The translations under genes and the position numbers were made by a program. Under the pieces are notes generated by a model. That model was not told the origin of the DNA and did no database searches. It was given only the letters and a program-made list of their open reading frames with translations. From positions 4,779 to 68,778 of the forward strand of contig CBDUTA010000001.1 of the NCBI GenBank assembly GCA_965369785.1: a stretch of 64,000 nt of DNA, in the 5' to 3' direction. Source of the DNA: an uncultured bacterium. Its GTDB lineage: Bacteria; Acidobacteriota; UBA6911; RPQK01; JADFOI01. Shown piece by piece: positions 39,178 to 48,146 of this stretch. Within the stretch, counting starts at the first letter, position 1. Every line of letters begins with the position of its first letter.

Positions 39178-39653
39178 AAACTCACAATCTCCTCCACTTC
39201 CAGAAAGAGATTGTTTCCGATCCTGCGAATGGGGAACTTTGTCAGGTTCTTTCCTTCAGCCGCCGGTGGGCCCTCTGTGGCTACTCCGTTGTTGTCAAAA
39301 ACCCCTTGATGACAGGGACAAAAGAATCGCTGGTTGCGAATTTCCCAGTGCACCTTGCAACCCAGGTGCGGACAGGTGTTGGAGAGGGCAACCACCTCTC
39401 CGCCTATGTTCGTGACCAAAGCCTGGTTCCCGTCAGGCAACGTGTAGGTCTTACTTTCTCCCGTCAGAAGGTCAGCCGCTGGGGCCAGAAAGATGGTGCG
39501 CAGACGACGCTGACCGCGCAGGGGATACACGTATCGGAGTGCAAACAGAAGGCCTGTCCCGTAGCTGAGAACTAACCCACCCCACATGAACAGGTTAATC
39601 AGTGCCTGACGGCGACTCTGTTTCCTGGTTGATCCTGGTTTCGTCGTTTCCAC
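39174..39653 (-). CDS. Rieske [2Fe-2S] iron-sulfur protein
   Basis: Box I CPHLGCKV and box II CPCHQGVF, an N-terminal TM anchor, and a stop that overlaps the cyt b start (ATGA). Confidence 0.8.
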   Translation of the reverse strand: METTKPGSTRKQSRRQALINLFMWGGLVLSYGTGLLFALRYVYPLRGQRRLRTIFLAPAADLLTGESKTYTLPDGNQALVTNIGGEVVALSNTCPHLGCKVHWEIRNQRFFCPCHQGVFDNNGVATEGPPAAEGKNLTKFPIRRIGNNLFLEVEEIVSL

Positions 39654-39792
39654 GTCTTCCCCCTCACAGAGTTGATTCGGGAAAGATTTTACCTGCCAGC
39701 CCTGATCATTAATCAGTTCTCGTCACGGAGGGGATCTTCATCGAATGGATGAAGGAGGCACTAGCCGAGGATCGGGTGGTCTTCCCCGCATT

Positions 39793-40689
39793 TTATTCGT
39801 TGTCGAGTTTGAAGGTGAGAACCGGGCAAGAGGCCGTTCGAACGAGTCGCTCCGTGGTGCTTCCCAATAACATCCGGTCCAGACCGGAGAGGCCGTGGGT
39901 ACCCATGACAATGAGGTCCACCTGGTTTGCACGGGCAAACTTACTGATTTCTGCGTGAGCTTTTCCGTCTCCGATCTCGACGTGAACATCGAGGTCTCGG
40001 AGACCCTCCTCTCCCAGAGTCGATCTCAGCGACTCTTTGGCTTCTTCAGCGATTTGAGGCAGCTCCCGGGCCATCGACTCCCTCCATTTGAGGTAAAAAG
40101 CAGGGTGCACTTCCTGTTCAACGACGTAAAGGACTTGAAGATGAGCGCTATACCGGGCTGCCATAGCCCTTGCTTTACGCGCCGCCTTCTTCGAGTGCTC
40201 CGAAAAATCGAAAGCCACCAGAATTTCTTGGTAATCAGGATTATTTCGATACTCCTTCCGATCCTGGGCCACAGTAAGGACGGGACAGGAAGCATGTCGC
40301 ACCACCCGTTCAGCCACACTGCCTACAAAGAACTGCGCCAAGGCCGAATGCCCATGAGTGCCCATCACCGTCAGGTCGATCCCCTTCTCTTCAATGAAGT
40401 CGAGTATACCCCTGGCTGGAGCGACTTCCCGGACGACTTCAGTCGTGACTTTCTGAGAGGCTTCCGTCGCCTGGGAAATTTCACCCAGGCTCTTTTCGAT
40501 ATACCCCCTGAAATTTCCCTCATCTAACTGTTGATACTCCGGTGCACTGGGATCATCACTGTACGGAGTAGCCACATGGAGTATGTTGATGTCCGCTTCG
40601 TATTTCTGGGCGATCTTCAGAGCATGCGGTAACGCAGTGTTGGCGGCTCGAGAGAAGTCAGTAGGAAAAAGGACCTTTCTTATTCCCAT
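39793..40689 (-). CDS. tandem-domain universal stress protein
   Basis: Two USP halves (VLFPTDFSRAA... and ILVAFDFSEHS...LIVMGTHGLSGLDRMLLGSTTERLV). Confidence 0.8.
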   Translation of the reverse strand: MGIRKVLFPTDFSRAANTALPHALKIAQKYEADINILHVATPYSDDPSAPEYQQLDEGNFRGYIEKSLGEISQATEASQKVTTEVVREVAPARGILDFIEEKGIDLTVMGTHGHSALAQFFVGSVAERVVRHASCPVLTVAQDRKEYRNNPDYQEILVAFDFSEHSKKAARKARAMAARYSAHLQVLYVVEQEVHPAFYLKWRESMARELPQIAEEAKESLRSTLGEEGLRDLDVHVEIGDGKAHAEISKFARANQVDLIVMGTHGLSGLDRMLLGSTTERLVRTASCPVLTFKLDNE

Positions 40690-40861
40690 TATTCAGGGCC
40701 TTTCCAATATCAGTCACCCTGCCTGCAGGAGGCCGGCTACAAGGACAATGCTCTGGCTATCATAGCACCTTCCTGACGGTATTACTGTTATGTAGGCACC
40801 CATCCGAATAGGGGGACAGCCTGTTCCGAAATCAGGACGAAACGGCCCATCGATTGGGGCA

Positions 40862-40910
40862 TATACCCGAACCGAATGAGTCGGCTGCCCCTCATTCGAC
40901 AGCGAATCCC
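40862..40910. promoter_or_regulatory. two GAAT...ATTC palindromes in the divergent USP / CbcL-like promoter region
   Basis: GAATGAG-N10-CTCATTC and GAATCC-cct-GGATTC lie within 50 bp of each other, between divergently transcribed genes. Confidence 0.3.
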
Positions 40911-40976
40911 CTGGATTCCCCGGTGGCCTCCAACCGCACCTGTTGGCACACCGTGTGCTCGGTATAAGATAGTGTT

Positions 40977-42989
40977 ATGCGGAGGACTTCTCCAACTTAT
41001 CCCAGATGGAGAAAAGGAGAGCTCATCTCAGTATTGACTGGATTGTTTATATTCCGTCTGCTTCTTGTTTCGCGGGCATTTGCCCTAGGTCTGGGCGTAC
41101 TCAGCACTGCTTCGGCCATGTCCCTCGCAGCACCCCAGGAAATGCCTTGTGACGGGTGTCATGAAGTGTCAGCAAGTTCCCTTCATCGTGACTTTGGATG
41201 CATCAGTTGCCACTCGAATGTCCAGGATTTTCCCCATCAAGATTCTGTACTTGAAGAACTCTCCGGCAGCGAACTCTGTTCTCAATGCCATGACTCTACT
41301 GCCAGTCTGCTCAAAGAGAGCGTTCATGGGGAAATACTGGATTGTCAGACTTGCCACGGCGAAGCACACTCCCTCTTGCCGGTCACCGACCTGGCTTCTC
41401 CGGTATCCCCCTTAAGACAGATTCAATTGTGCAGCCAATGCCATGATACTCCGGAAGTAGTAGACGACTACTTAGGCAGTGTTCACGGTCGGGCGTTGGT
41501 CGTTTCAGGCCTCATCATCGCTCCGTCATGCACCGATTGTCACGGCAGTCATGCCATCTTCCCGCCTTCTGATACTCGAGCCACCGTTTCCCACAACCAG
41601 GCACCCCAAACATGCGGAACCTGTCACGCCTATATACTCGATGTCTGGGTCAAGGAAAGCGCTCACGGTCAAGCTTGGCAACAGAGTGAGGAGGGACCCG
41701 GATGCCCCACTTGTCACGGTTCCCATCAAGTGATGGAACCGCGCAACGCCGACCAACGACTGCAGTTTCCGGAAAGCTGCGGAGGCTGTCACGAAGATCG
41801 CTACACGACCTATCGCGACAGTTTTCATGGCCAGGTAACAGATCTGGGATTCCAGACTGCAGCCATCTGCTCGGATTGCCATACGCCCCATGCCAACCTT
41901 CCCGCCGATAGTCCACAATCGTCAGTCCACCCGACCCATCTCAAGGACACTTGTGGGAAATGCCACGCAGAGGTAAGCCCAGGGTTCCTAACCTTCGACC
42001 CTCACCTTGACCCCTCTGACCCCACGGGGAATCGAGAAGTCTACTTCGTGTGGCTTTTCATGACCGGTCTTTTGATCTCTGTGTTCGGGTTTTTTGGACT
42101 CCATGATCTGCTCTGGTTCCAGCGCTCACTGGTAGCCTATTTCAAAGGAGAGTTCGCCAGTGTCAGAAAGACAAATGGACCTTACATTAAGCGTTTTACT
42201 TCCGTTGATGTATGGGTTCATGTTGCTATTGTGGTGAGTTTCTTGATCCTTGCCATGACCGGTTTGCCCTTGAAATTCCATTTTGCCGATTGGGCAAAGA
42301 ATCTCACTGGTGCAATGGGTGGGGTTGGTTTGACTCGTTCCTTACACCGCTTTGCCGCTGTGGTGACCTTTGGCTATGCTTTTTTTCATTTGGGCCACCT
42401 TGTTCAGAAGATCGTTTTCAGAAAAGACTTTGGCCTGCTGTGGGGATGGCGCTCCATGGTGCCCAGGCCAAAGGATTTCGTGGACGTCTGGCACAATCTC
42501 CGCTACTTTCTCTATCTTGGACCGCGTCCCCGTTTGGATCGTTGGACTTATTGGGAAAAGTTTGATTACTTTGCGGTTTTCTGGGGGATCATCATCATCG
42601 GAGTCTCCGGATTAGCTCTTTCGTTTCCCAGCTTTTTCACCCGCTTCTTCCCGGGATGGTTTCTGAACGCGGCTTTCCTTATTCACAGTGATGAAGCGCT
42701 CCTGGCAGTGGGCTTTATCTTCATGTTTCACTTCTTCCACACTCATCTTCGTCCTGAGAGCTTCCCATTGGATCCCGTCATCTTCACCGGCCGGGTACCT
42801 CTCGAAAGGTTCAAAGAGGAAAGGCCCGTCGAATACCAGCGTTTGGTGCAGACCGGTCGCTTGGAAACTCTCATCGTCGGTCCTCCTTCCCGTAAGCAGA
42901 TTCGAATGGCTGGCATTTTCGGTTTTGCTGCCATGGCGGTGGGCATAGGATTGATGCTGGCCATTCTTTGGAGCTTCTTTGCTTATTAG
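40977..42989 (+). CDS. CbcL-like inner-membrane cytochrome: 11-heme c-type domain fused to a HydC/FdnI-type diheme cytochrome b
   Basis: 11 CxxCH motifs in residues about 55-330, then 4-5 TM helices with conserved His (GLHDLLWF, WVHVAIVV, SLHRFAAV, MFHFFHTHL), as in the formate dehydrogenase/hydrogenase gamma subunit. Confidence 0.7.
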   Translation: MRRTSPTYPRWRKGELISVLTGLFIFRLLLVSRAFALGLGVLSTASAMSLAAPQEMPCDGCHEVSASSLHRDFGCISCHSNVQDFPHQDSVLEELSGSELCSQCHDSTASLLKESVHGEILDCQTCHGEAHSLLPVTDLASPVSPLRQIQLCSQCHDTPEVVDDYLGSVHGRALVVSGLIIAPSCTDCHGSHAIFPPSDTRATVSHNQAPQTCGTCHAYILDVWVKESAHGQAWQQSEEGPGCPTCHGSHQVMEPRNADQRLQFPESCGGCHEDRYTTYRDSFHGQVTDLGFQTAAICSDCHTPHANLPADSPQSSVHPTHLKDTCGKCHAEVSPGFLTFDPHLDPSDPTGNREVYFVWLFMTGLLISVFGFFGLHDLLWFQRSLVAYFKGEFASVRKTNGPYIKRFTSVDVWVHVAIVVSFLILAMTGLPLKFHFADWAKNLTGAMGGVGLTRSLHRFAAVVTFGYAFFHLGHLVQKIVFRKDFGLLWGWRSMVPRPKDFVDVWHNLRYFLYLGPRPRLDRWTYWEKFDYFAVFWGIIIIGVSGLALSFPSFFTRFFPGWFLNAAFLIHSDEALLAVGFIFMFHFFHTHLRPESFPLDPVIFTGRVPLERFKEERPVEYQRLVQTGRLETLIVGPPSRKQIRMAGIFGFAAMAVGIGLMLAILWSFFAY

Positions 42990-43055
42990 ATCGGGGCTAT
43001 AGGAGTCAGCCATCTTCCGGTTCGCCATTTCAAGGAGCACCACCACGCCTGGTTG

Positions 43056-44765
43056 TCATGGGTGGCACATTGCACAAAGCTCGCGGTTCAAGGAAACAGG
43101 TTGTCCAGCCGCAAGTTGATGACAGTCGGCACAGGCATTTCCCATCCCCAGGTGCAGTGAGTGAGAGAATTCTCCTCGAAAAGACTGCACCACACCCTCC
43201 ATCATTCCAGAATGGCATTGCTGGCAATCCAGCTCAGTCTCCTGGTGGTGACAATTTGCGCAGCCTTCGGCTTCAAAGCGAACCACTTCTCCCACAGGTT
43301 TTTCTTCATGGGGCCGATGGCAAGCCTGGCATTGGAGTTCCTGCTCCACGGCGTGTATTGAATGGCTGAACTCTCGACCGAATTGAGGTCCGCTCTGTCC
43401 TTCGATGCCCTGGTGACACTGGATACAACTCGATTCGTAGGGGACTTCCGGCCAGGGTATGGTGAGTTCAGAGCGACCGATTTGCCCTCGTGCCTGATTG
43501 AGAAATTCATGGGCCCGAGACAGTAAGGCAAAGGAATACCTGACGTTGTGCACACCTTTGCCTTCCTCCACCAGAGTAAGGTTGTGGTACGCATCCGCCA
43601 GTGCTTGTGGTTCAGCACCTGAGAAAAGAGAATCGGTCTCTTGCAGCTGTCGTTTCAAAAGCCCTGTGCGCTGGCTTACCCCTTCTTTCCAGCGCAAGTA
43701 AGTCGCACGATAACGGGCGCCGTGGCAGGACATGCAGGAGACCTCTGTTGCCCGTGCCGTCTCTTTCTCCTGCCCGGGTATCTGAAAATGACAACCCTCG
43801 CAAGACACTCCGGCAGTAAACATGGAGGCAGGCATGGGAGGCACTCCCCGTCCCCCTATGCCGGCATAGAGGTCACGCTGAGGGGAATGTCCGGCCCGGT
43901 GGCAGCTTTCACAGTCTGTTTGAGCTGCTTCCAGGTTCGGCGGTTGGCCATGCTGGATCTCGAGGTGGCAGTCCATGCAATTCACCTTATGTTCTGTCAC
44001 GTGCATCTGGTGCATGAGAGCCGTATTCTCATACTGAGCCAGTCGTGGGGGATCGTTGTGACAGGTAAAGCAACGCTCTTGAGGAACGTTTCCGCCTGAT
44101 CCGGTTAACTCGTGAGAATGGCACCAGCTACAATCCATGTCGAAGCGTTTCACATCACCGTGGTCAAACGTCATCATTTCCTTCTGGACCACCATTTCAG
44201 GGATAGCGTGGCACAGGGTGCAGCGGCTAGTGCTTTCTCCGGGTCCTTCTCCTTTGAAATGGCACAGGATACAGGTTGAAGTCGTCACCGTAATGTGCAG
44301 ACCCTGGACGATCTGGCTGTGACAGGAAGTGCAGCGTAGTTTTATGCCGTGACGCAGTTCCGTGAGATGGGGCCGATGATCAAACACAACATCAGCGAAC
44401 AGTTCTCGTCCAGAAAGAAGTCGTCTCTGGTGGCAGCGAAGACAGGCCGCGTCGTCGATTTCAGTCCATGGGTTAGTTCCGTAGGTGCCGGTGAAATAGG
44501 AGGCAACCATGGAAAGCGCTTCCCATTTCTTGCGGATTTCGTTGGTCACTCCAGGGGGGATGTGGCAATCCACGCAAGGCACATCGCTGTGACTCGAGTT
44601 TTGCCACGAGTCAAAATAGGGCTTCATCACGTGGCAGGTTCCACAGAACTGGGGCTGGCTGGAGGCCTCCGCGCCCAGAACAATGGCAATCACCCCTAGA
44701 CCTAGAAGGAGGCTTGAGGAGTAGATCACCCAACGAATCCTGGCAGACGGGATGAATCGTTTCAT
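43056..44765 (-). CDS. membrane-anchored 18-heme c-type cytochrome with an N-terminal NapC/NirT/NrfH-type quinol-dehydrogenase module
   Basis: A TM helix, then FCGTCHVMKPYFDSWQNSSHSDVPCVDCHI (the NrfH/NapC signature), and 18 CxxCH in total (the last is CAMCHP at the C-terminus). The start is at the Met whose ATG overlaps the upstream stop (ATGA). Confidence 0.75.
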   Translation of the reverse strand: MKRFIPSARIRWVIYSSSLLLGLGVIAIVLGAEASSQPQFCGTCHVMKPYFDSWQNSSHSDVPCVDCHIPPGVTNEIRKKWEALSMVASYFTGTYGTNPWTEIDDAACLRCHQRRLLSGRELFADVVFDHRPHLTELRHGIKLRCTSCHSQIVQGLHITVTTSTCILCHFKGEGPGESTSRCTLCHAIPEMVVQKEMMTFDHGDVKRFDMDCSWCHSHELTGSGGNVPQERCFTCHNDPPRLAQYENTALMHQMHVTEHKVNCMDCHLEIQHGQPPNLEAAQTDCESCHRAGHSPQRDLYAGIGGRGVPPMPASMFTAGVSCEGCHFQIPGQEKETARATEVSCMSCHGARYRATYLRWKEGVSQRTGLLKRQLQETDSLFSGAEPQALADAYHNLTLVEEGKGVHNVRYSFALLSRAHEFLNQARGQIGRSELTIPWPEVPYESSCIQCHQGIEGQSGPQFGREFSHSIHAVEQELQCQACHRPHEEKPVGEVVRFEAEGCANCHHQETELDCQQCHSGMMEGVVQSFRGEFSHSLHLGMGNACADCHQLAAGQPVSLNRELCAMCHP

Positions 44766-45931
44766 GTTCTTTCTCTTAAAACCTTTTGCCGAAAACGCAA
44801 GAGAATCCAGATGGTTAACACGACGTAAAACCAAAAAATCACCAGACCCAGACGACGAATCCTTCGTTCTCCCAACTTCCCCTGGATCTCTCCCTGGACC
44901 TCCTCTCCCAAAGAGCGAGCGGTCCGGGTGAAATTTTCCATCGCTTCGAGCGACACGGTGTGCACGGCAGGTTCGGCTTCCAACAGGTACGTTCGGGCCT
45001 CTTGCAAACGAGCCTGGTAGTCTTCAACGTAAATCGGAATTTCCTCCGCTTCCGCGATCAGTTGGCGAGCTTGATCTATCTCCTCTTGGGCACGCTGGAA
45101 CAGAACCTCCATTTTTTCTCCCAGGGTGACCTGCGACGAATCCTGTCCATGACAACCGGCACACAACAGCGCCAAATCTTCCCGATCCGCCACCTGTACA
45201 GAGTGGTTTCCGTGACATGAGATACACTCGGGCAATCCAGCCTCGAGCATTCCGGCCAGATGCGGACCTGCCTGGAAGGCTGAACGGGCGGCCGTGTGAC
45301 AGCTCCCGCAGACCTTGTCCACGTCTCCCACACCAGGCGGTGCCGCCCCGTGGATCCCGTGGCAGCGGGCACATTCCGGGGCGTTGTCGTTCCCCCTCTC
45401 GAGTAGCTCTTCTGCATGTATGCTTTGCAGGTAGTCGTGGTATGGGGCTGTGTCTTTCCCGTAGTGGGCCATCAGTTCCGTATCTCCATGGCAGCGCCCG
45501 CAGGTATCCGGTATGTTCTCAACAAACACCCGACTTTCCGGGTTTTCTGGAGAAAGGATATTGTGTGTGCCGTGACAATCCGTGCACACCGCAATCCGGG
45601 AATCGCCATCGGCCAACCGCATTCCATGCTGGCTAATTTGGTAAAGCGCATACTGGTCGGTGGGCAGATTGTAGGGACGCATGCGCTGAGGATCCGAATG
45701 ACACTCAGCACAGAATCGAGGAACATCCCGTCTAGAGATGGTGCCTCGAAAACTCCCCCTGTGGGCCGCCTCTGTGGACACCGTGTTGGGGTTGCCGCCG
45801 TGACAATCTGTACAGCTGGTAGACTCTTGAGCATGAATGGAGGATTGGTAAAGAGCACGCACGTCGGGGTGGCACAAACCGCATTGTTCGCTCTGCATGG
45901 GAACCACAAGAATCAGCAGTAGAAGGATCAC
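44762..45931 (-). CDS. nonaheme c-type cytochrome with a C-terminal membrane anchor
   Basis: 9 CxxCH motifs, a short N-terminal signal, a C-terminal hydrophobic helix (LGLVIFWFYVVLTIWILL), and a GTG start 4 nt after the cyt b stop. Confidence 0.75.
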   Translation of the reverse strand: MILLLLILVVPMQSEQCGLCHPDVRALYQSSIHAQESTSCTDCHGGNPNTVSTEAAHRGSFRGTISRRDVPRFCAECHSDPQRMRPYNLPTDQYALYQISQHGMRLADGDSRIAVCTDCHGTHNILSPENPESRVFVENIPDTCGRCHGDTELMAHYGKDTAPYHDYLQSIHAEELLERGNDNAPECARCHGIHGAAPPGVGDVDKVCGSCHTAARSAFQAGPHLAGMLEAGLPECISCHGNHSVQVADREDLALLCAGCHGQDSSQVTLGEKMEVLFQRAQEEIDQARQLIAEAEEIPIYVEDYQARLQEARTYLLEAEPAVHTVSLEAMENFTRTARSLGEEVQGEIQGKLGERRIRRLGLVIFWFYVVLTIWILLRFRQKVLRERT

Positions 45932-45935
45932 CCTG

Positions 45936-47072
45936 TCAGACCCTCACATCCAGGATCAGGCCATAATAAGAAAAAAAGAGCCACAGCAAGAAGACTGCGA
46001 AGCCGAAGCCGAGTGCGATTTTCCTTTTTCGCTGAGGTGCCCCGGACCGAAAATCGAGGGCAGGCAAGAAAATAAACACCAGCAGCACAATCATCAGGAG
46101 ACTACTCCTGACCCAAAGAGGAATCCACGTCGGAAAGAGTTCGATGAAACCGTAGGGTGCCAGCAAATACCAAGGCATTCGGGTTCCCACGGCCGTTTGG
46201 TAGGGATTGACAGGCTCCCCAAAGGGCGTGGCCCAGAGAACTGATAACGTTACTAAAACCCCAAAAATCGCCAAGGTGAGGATCAAGATACTATAGAGAT
46301 GGGCCAGGTAAGCGCCCGATCCTCCCTTCTGTTCCTCTCCCGGGATCTCACTGAGACCTACACGCCGGATCCCCGAAAAGTTGATATAGAGAACACACCA
46401 AAAGACTAAAGGCAGAATCGCAACGTGCAAGAAGTAGAAGCGAGTCAGCATGACGTTCTCCCCCGGCAACCCACCCACCAAGAAGGCGGAAAGCGCGCCG
46501 ATCACCGGTATGGAGAAAAGCACCTCAAGAGCTCGTATGCTGGACCAGTAGGATTGGTTGGTCGACGCTAACAGACGGCCGGAGAATTCAAGATGAGTTG
46601 CCACCAGAAAGAGTACGGCTCCGGCGACCCAAATCAATTCTCTGGGAGACCGGTAGAGTCCACGAAAGTAGAAACGGATCAAACGAATAATGAGGAGCAT
46701 CAACAAGAGTTGCGCACCCCAATTGTGCATTTGATGTACAAACCAGCCAAAGGGAATATCTCTGACAATAGTGAGGACACTTGGATAGGCTTCTTGGGCC
46801 GTCGGACGATAGTAGAAGGCCAGAAGCCCTCCTGTGATCAACTCGATGACAAACAGAATAAGAGTCAGCAGGCCCAGCACTCGAGGCCACCGTGAATAAG
46901 AAGGTAGGGGCTTTGCCAAAGCCTCTTTCAGGGCCTCCTTGAGCGGCTTGCTAGTATCTACTTCTGTATAGAAAAGGCCAGAGATAGTGAGCAGGGAGAA
47001 GATCTCTGTCAGATTGATACGCTGCTCCAACCACCTGACAACCTGGCTTGTCCTGCTTGGGCGTTGTGCCAT
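45936..47072 (-). CDS. cytochrome b of a second Rieske/cytochrome b complex
   Basis: WFVHQMHNWGAQLLLMLLIIRLIRFYFRGLY and FYFLHVAILP His-containing helices, and a PWYLL motif. The start is at MAQRPS, which has an AGGAAGG Shine-Dalgarno in the gap after the Rieske stop. Confidence 0.8.
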   Translation of the reverse strand: MAQRPSRTSQVVRWLEQRINLTEIFSLLTISGLFYTEVDTSKPLKEALKEALAKPLPSYSRWPRVLGLLTLILFVIELITGGLLAFYYRPTAQEAYPSVLTIVRDIPFGWFVHQMHNWGAQLLLMLLIIRLIRFYFRGLYRSPRELIWVAGAVLFLVATHLEFSGRLLASTNQSYWSSIRALEVLFSIPVIGALSAFLVGGLPGENVMLTRFYFLHVAILPLVFWCVLYINFSGIRRVGLSEIPGEEQKGGSGAYLAHLYSILILTLAIFGVLVTLSVLWATPFGEPVNPYQTAVGTRMPWYLLAPYGFIELFPTWIPLWVRSSLLMIVLLVFIFLPALDFRSGAPQRKRKIALGFGFAVFLLWLFFSYYGLILDVRV

Positions 47073-47097
47073 CACACCTACCCTTCCTGGAACTTTC

Positions 47098-47547
47098 TCA
47101 CATGTGAACCAAGATCTCCCCACGCCGGATCTCAGTTGGATAGCTGGTCAGTGGCTTGGTGGGCAAACCCGACATCACCGAACCCGTGGAGCTGAACACT
47201 CCATTGTGGCAGGGGCAAACCAGGTTTCGATTCTGGCTGTTCCAGTTCAACACGCAGCGAAAGTGAGTACACAAGGCGGACACTGCGACAAGTTCATCAT
47301 TGCTCAACCGGACAAGATAGAGAGGAGCACTCCCATGACGGATCAGGCGAGCTTCCCCCGCCTTTAGAGATTCTGCGTCTCCGGCCTGAACAATATTCTG
47401 CCCTGCCCAACGAGTTGAAGGAGGAACCTTCAAAAAACTGGCTACTACACCCACCAGACCCACACCCCACAAAGACAAGAAAAAGAGGGTCAGCGACTGG
47501 AAAAGAGTTCTACGCTCTGTATCCATGGCTTCGACCTTTTCTGTCAT
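47098..47547 (-). CDS. Rieske [2Fe-2S] iron-sulfur protein (second copy)
   Basis: CTHFRC ... CPCHNGVF boxes and an N-terminal TM/Tat-like region (RRTLFQSLTLFFLSLWGV). Confidence 0.8.
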   Translation of the reverse strand: MTEKVEAMDTERRTLFQSLTLFFLSLWGVGLVGVVASFLKVPPSTRWAGQNIVQAGDAESLKAGEARLIRHGSAPLYLVRLSNDELVAVSALCTHFRCVLNWNSQNRNLVCPCHNGVFSSTGSVMSGLPTKPLTSYPTEIRRGEILVHM

Positions 47548-47734
47548 CGTCCCAATCCCAATTCCTTCAAGTCCCTTTTCAGGGCCTATTATGCAGTAAA
47601 AAGGGCAACTCAGATACCCATCAAAAGATTCTCCGGAAAACAGAAGGGGGCAGACAGGTCTCAGCCAAGAGGGAAACTTTTCGCTTTACCACCTCTACAC
47701 GCAGAGCTGACCATCGTGGGCCAAGGCAGTGCAA

Positions 47735-48097
47735 TCATTCCTCAATCTTAGAAAGCCTGCGGGTATATTCAGCTACCGCCTTGAGATCCTCATCGCTGAT
47801 CTTGCCCTCATACTTCGGCATCTTACCCAGGCCTTCACTCAAGGTCTTCACCAATTCGGCAACGGAAGTTCCCTGCTTCCACGACCCGGCAGTCAGGTCG
47901 GGAGTCTTCATCATCTTTCCTGCTTTTGTGTCTGCCTTGCCATCATCTCCATGACACATGAGACACTTGGAATCGTAGACTTTCTTTCCGGGCGAGTCTT
48001 CTTCGGCAAAAACCAGTGAGAGGGCCGCCAGTGTAAAAAAACCGATCACCAGGATGAAACTTGAGTAAAGGGCCTTTCTCTTTGTTGGGTCAAACAT
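47735..48097 (-). CDS. monoheme class I c-type cytochrome (c552/c6-like)
   Basis: A signal peptide, a single CLMCH and a distal Met (GKMPKY). The start is at the ATG after an AAGGAGGGA Shine-Dalgarno. Confidence 0.65.
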   Translation of the reverse strand: MFDPTKRKALYSSFILVIGFFTLAALSLVFAEEDSPGKKVYDSKCLMCHGDDGKADTKAGKMMKTPDLTAGSWKQGTSVAELVKTLSEGLGKMPKYEGKISDEDLKAVAEYTRRLSKIEE

Positions 48098-48146
48098 ACA
48101 TCCCTCCTTTTTCAATCTGTGGTGTCCGTTGTAAGGCCGTCATCCC

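Noticed and set aside
41149-41918. Overlapping ORFs within the CbcL-like gene, including minus-strand 130- and 88-aa frames
   Set aside because: Alternative frames of a heme-motif-dense CDS.
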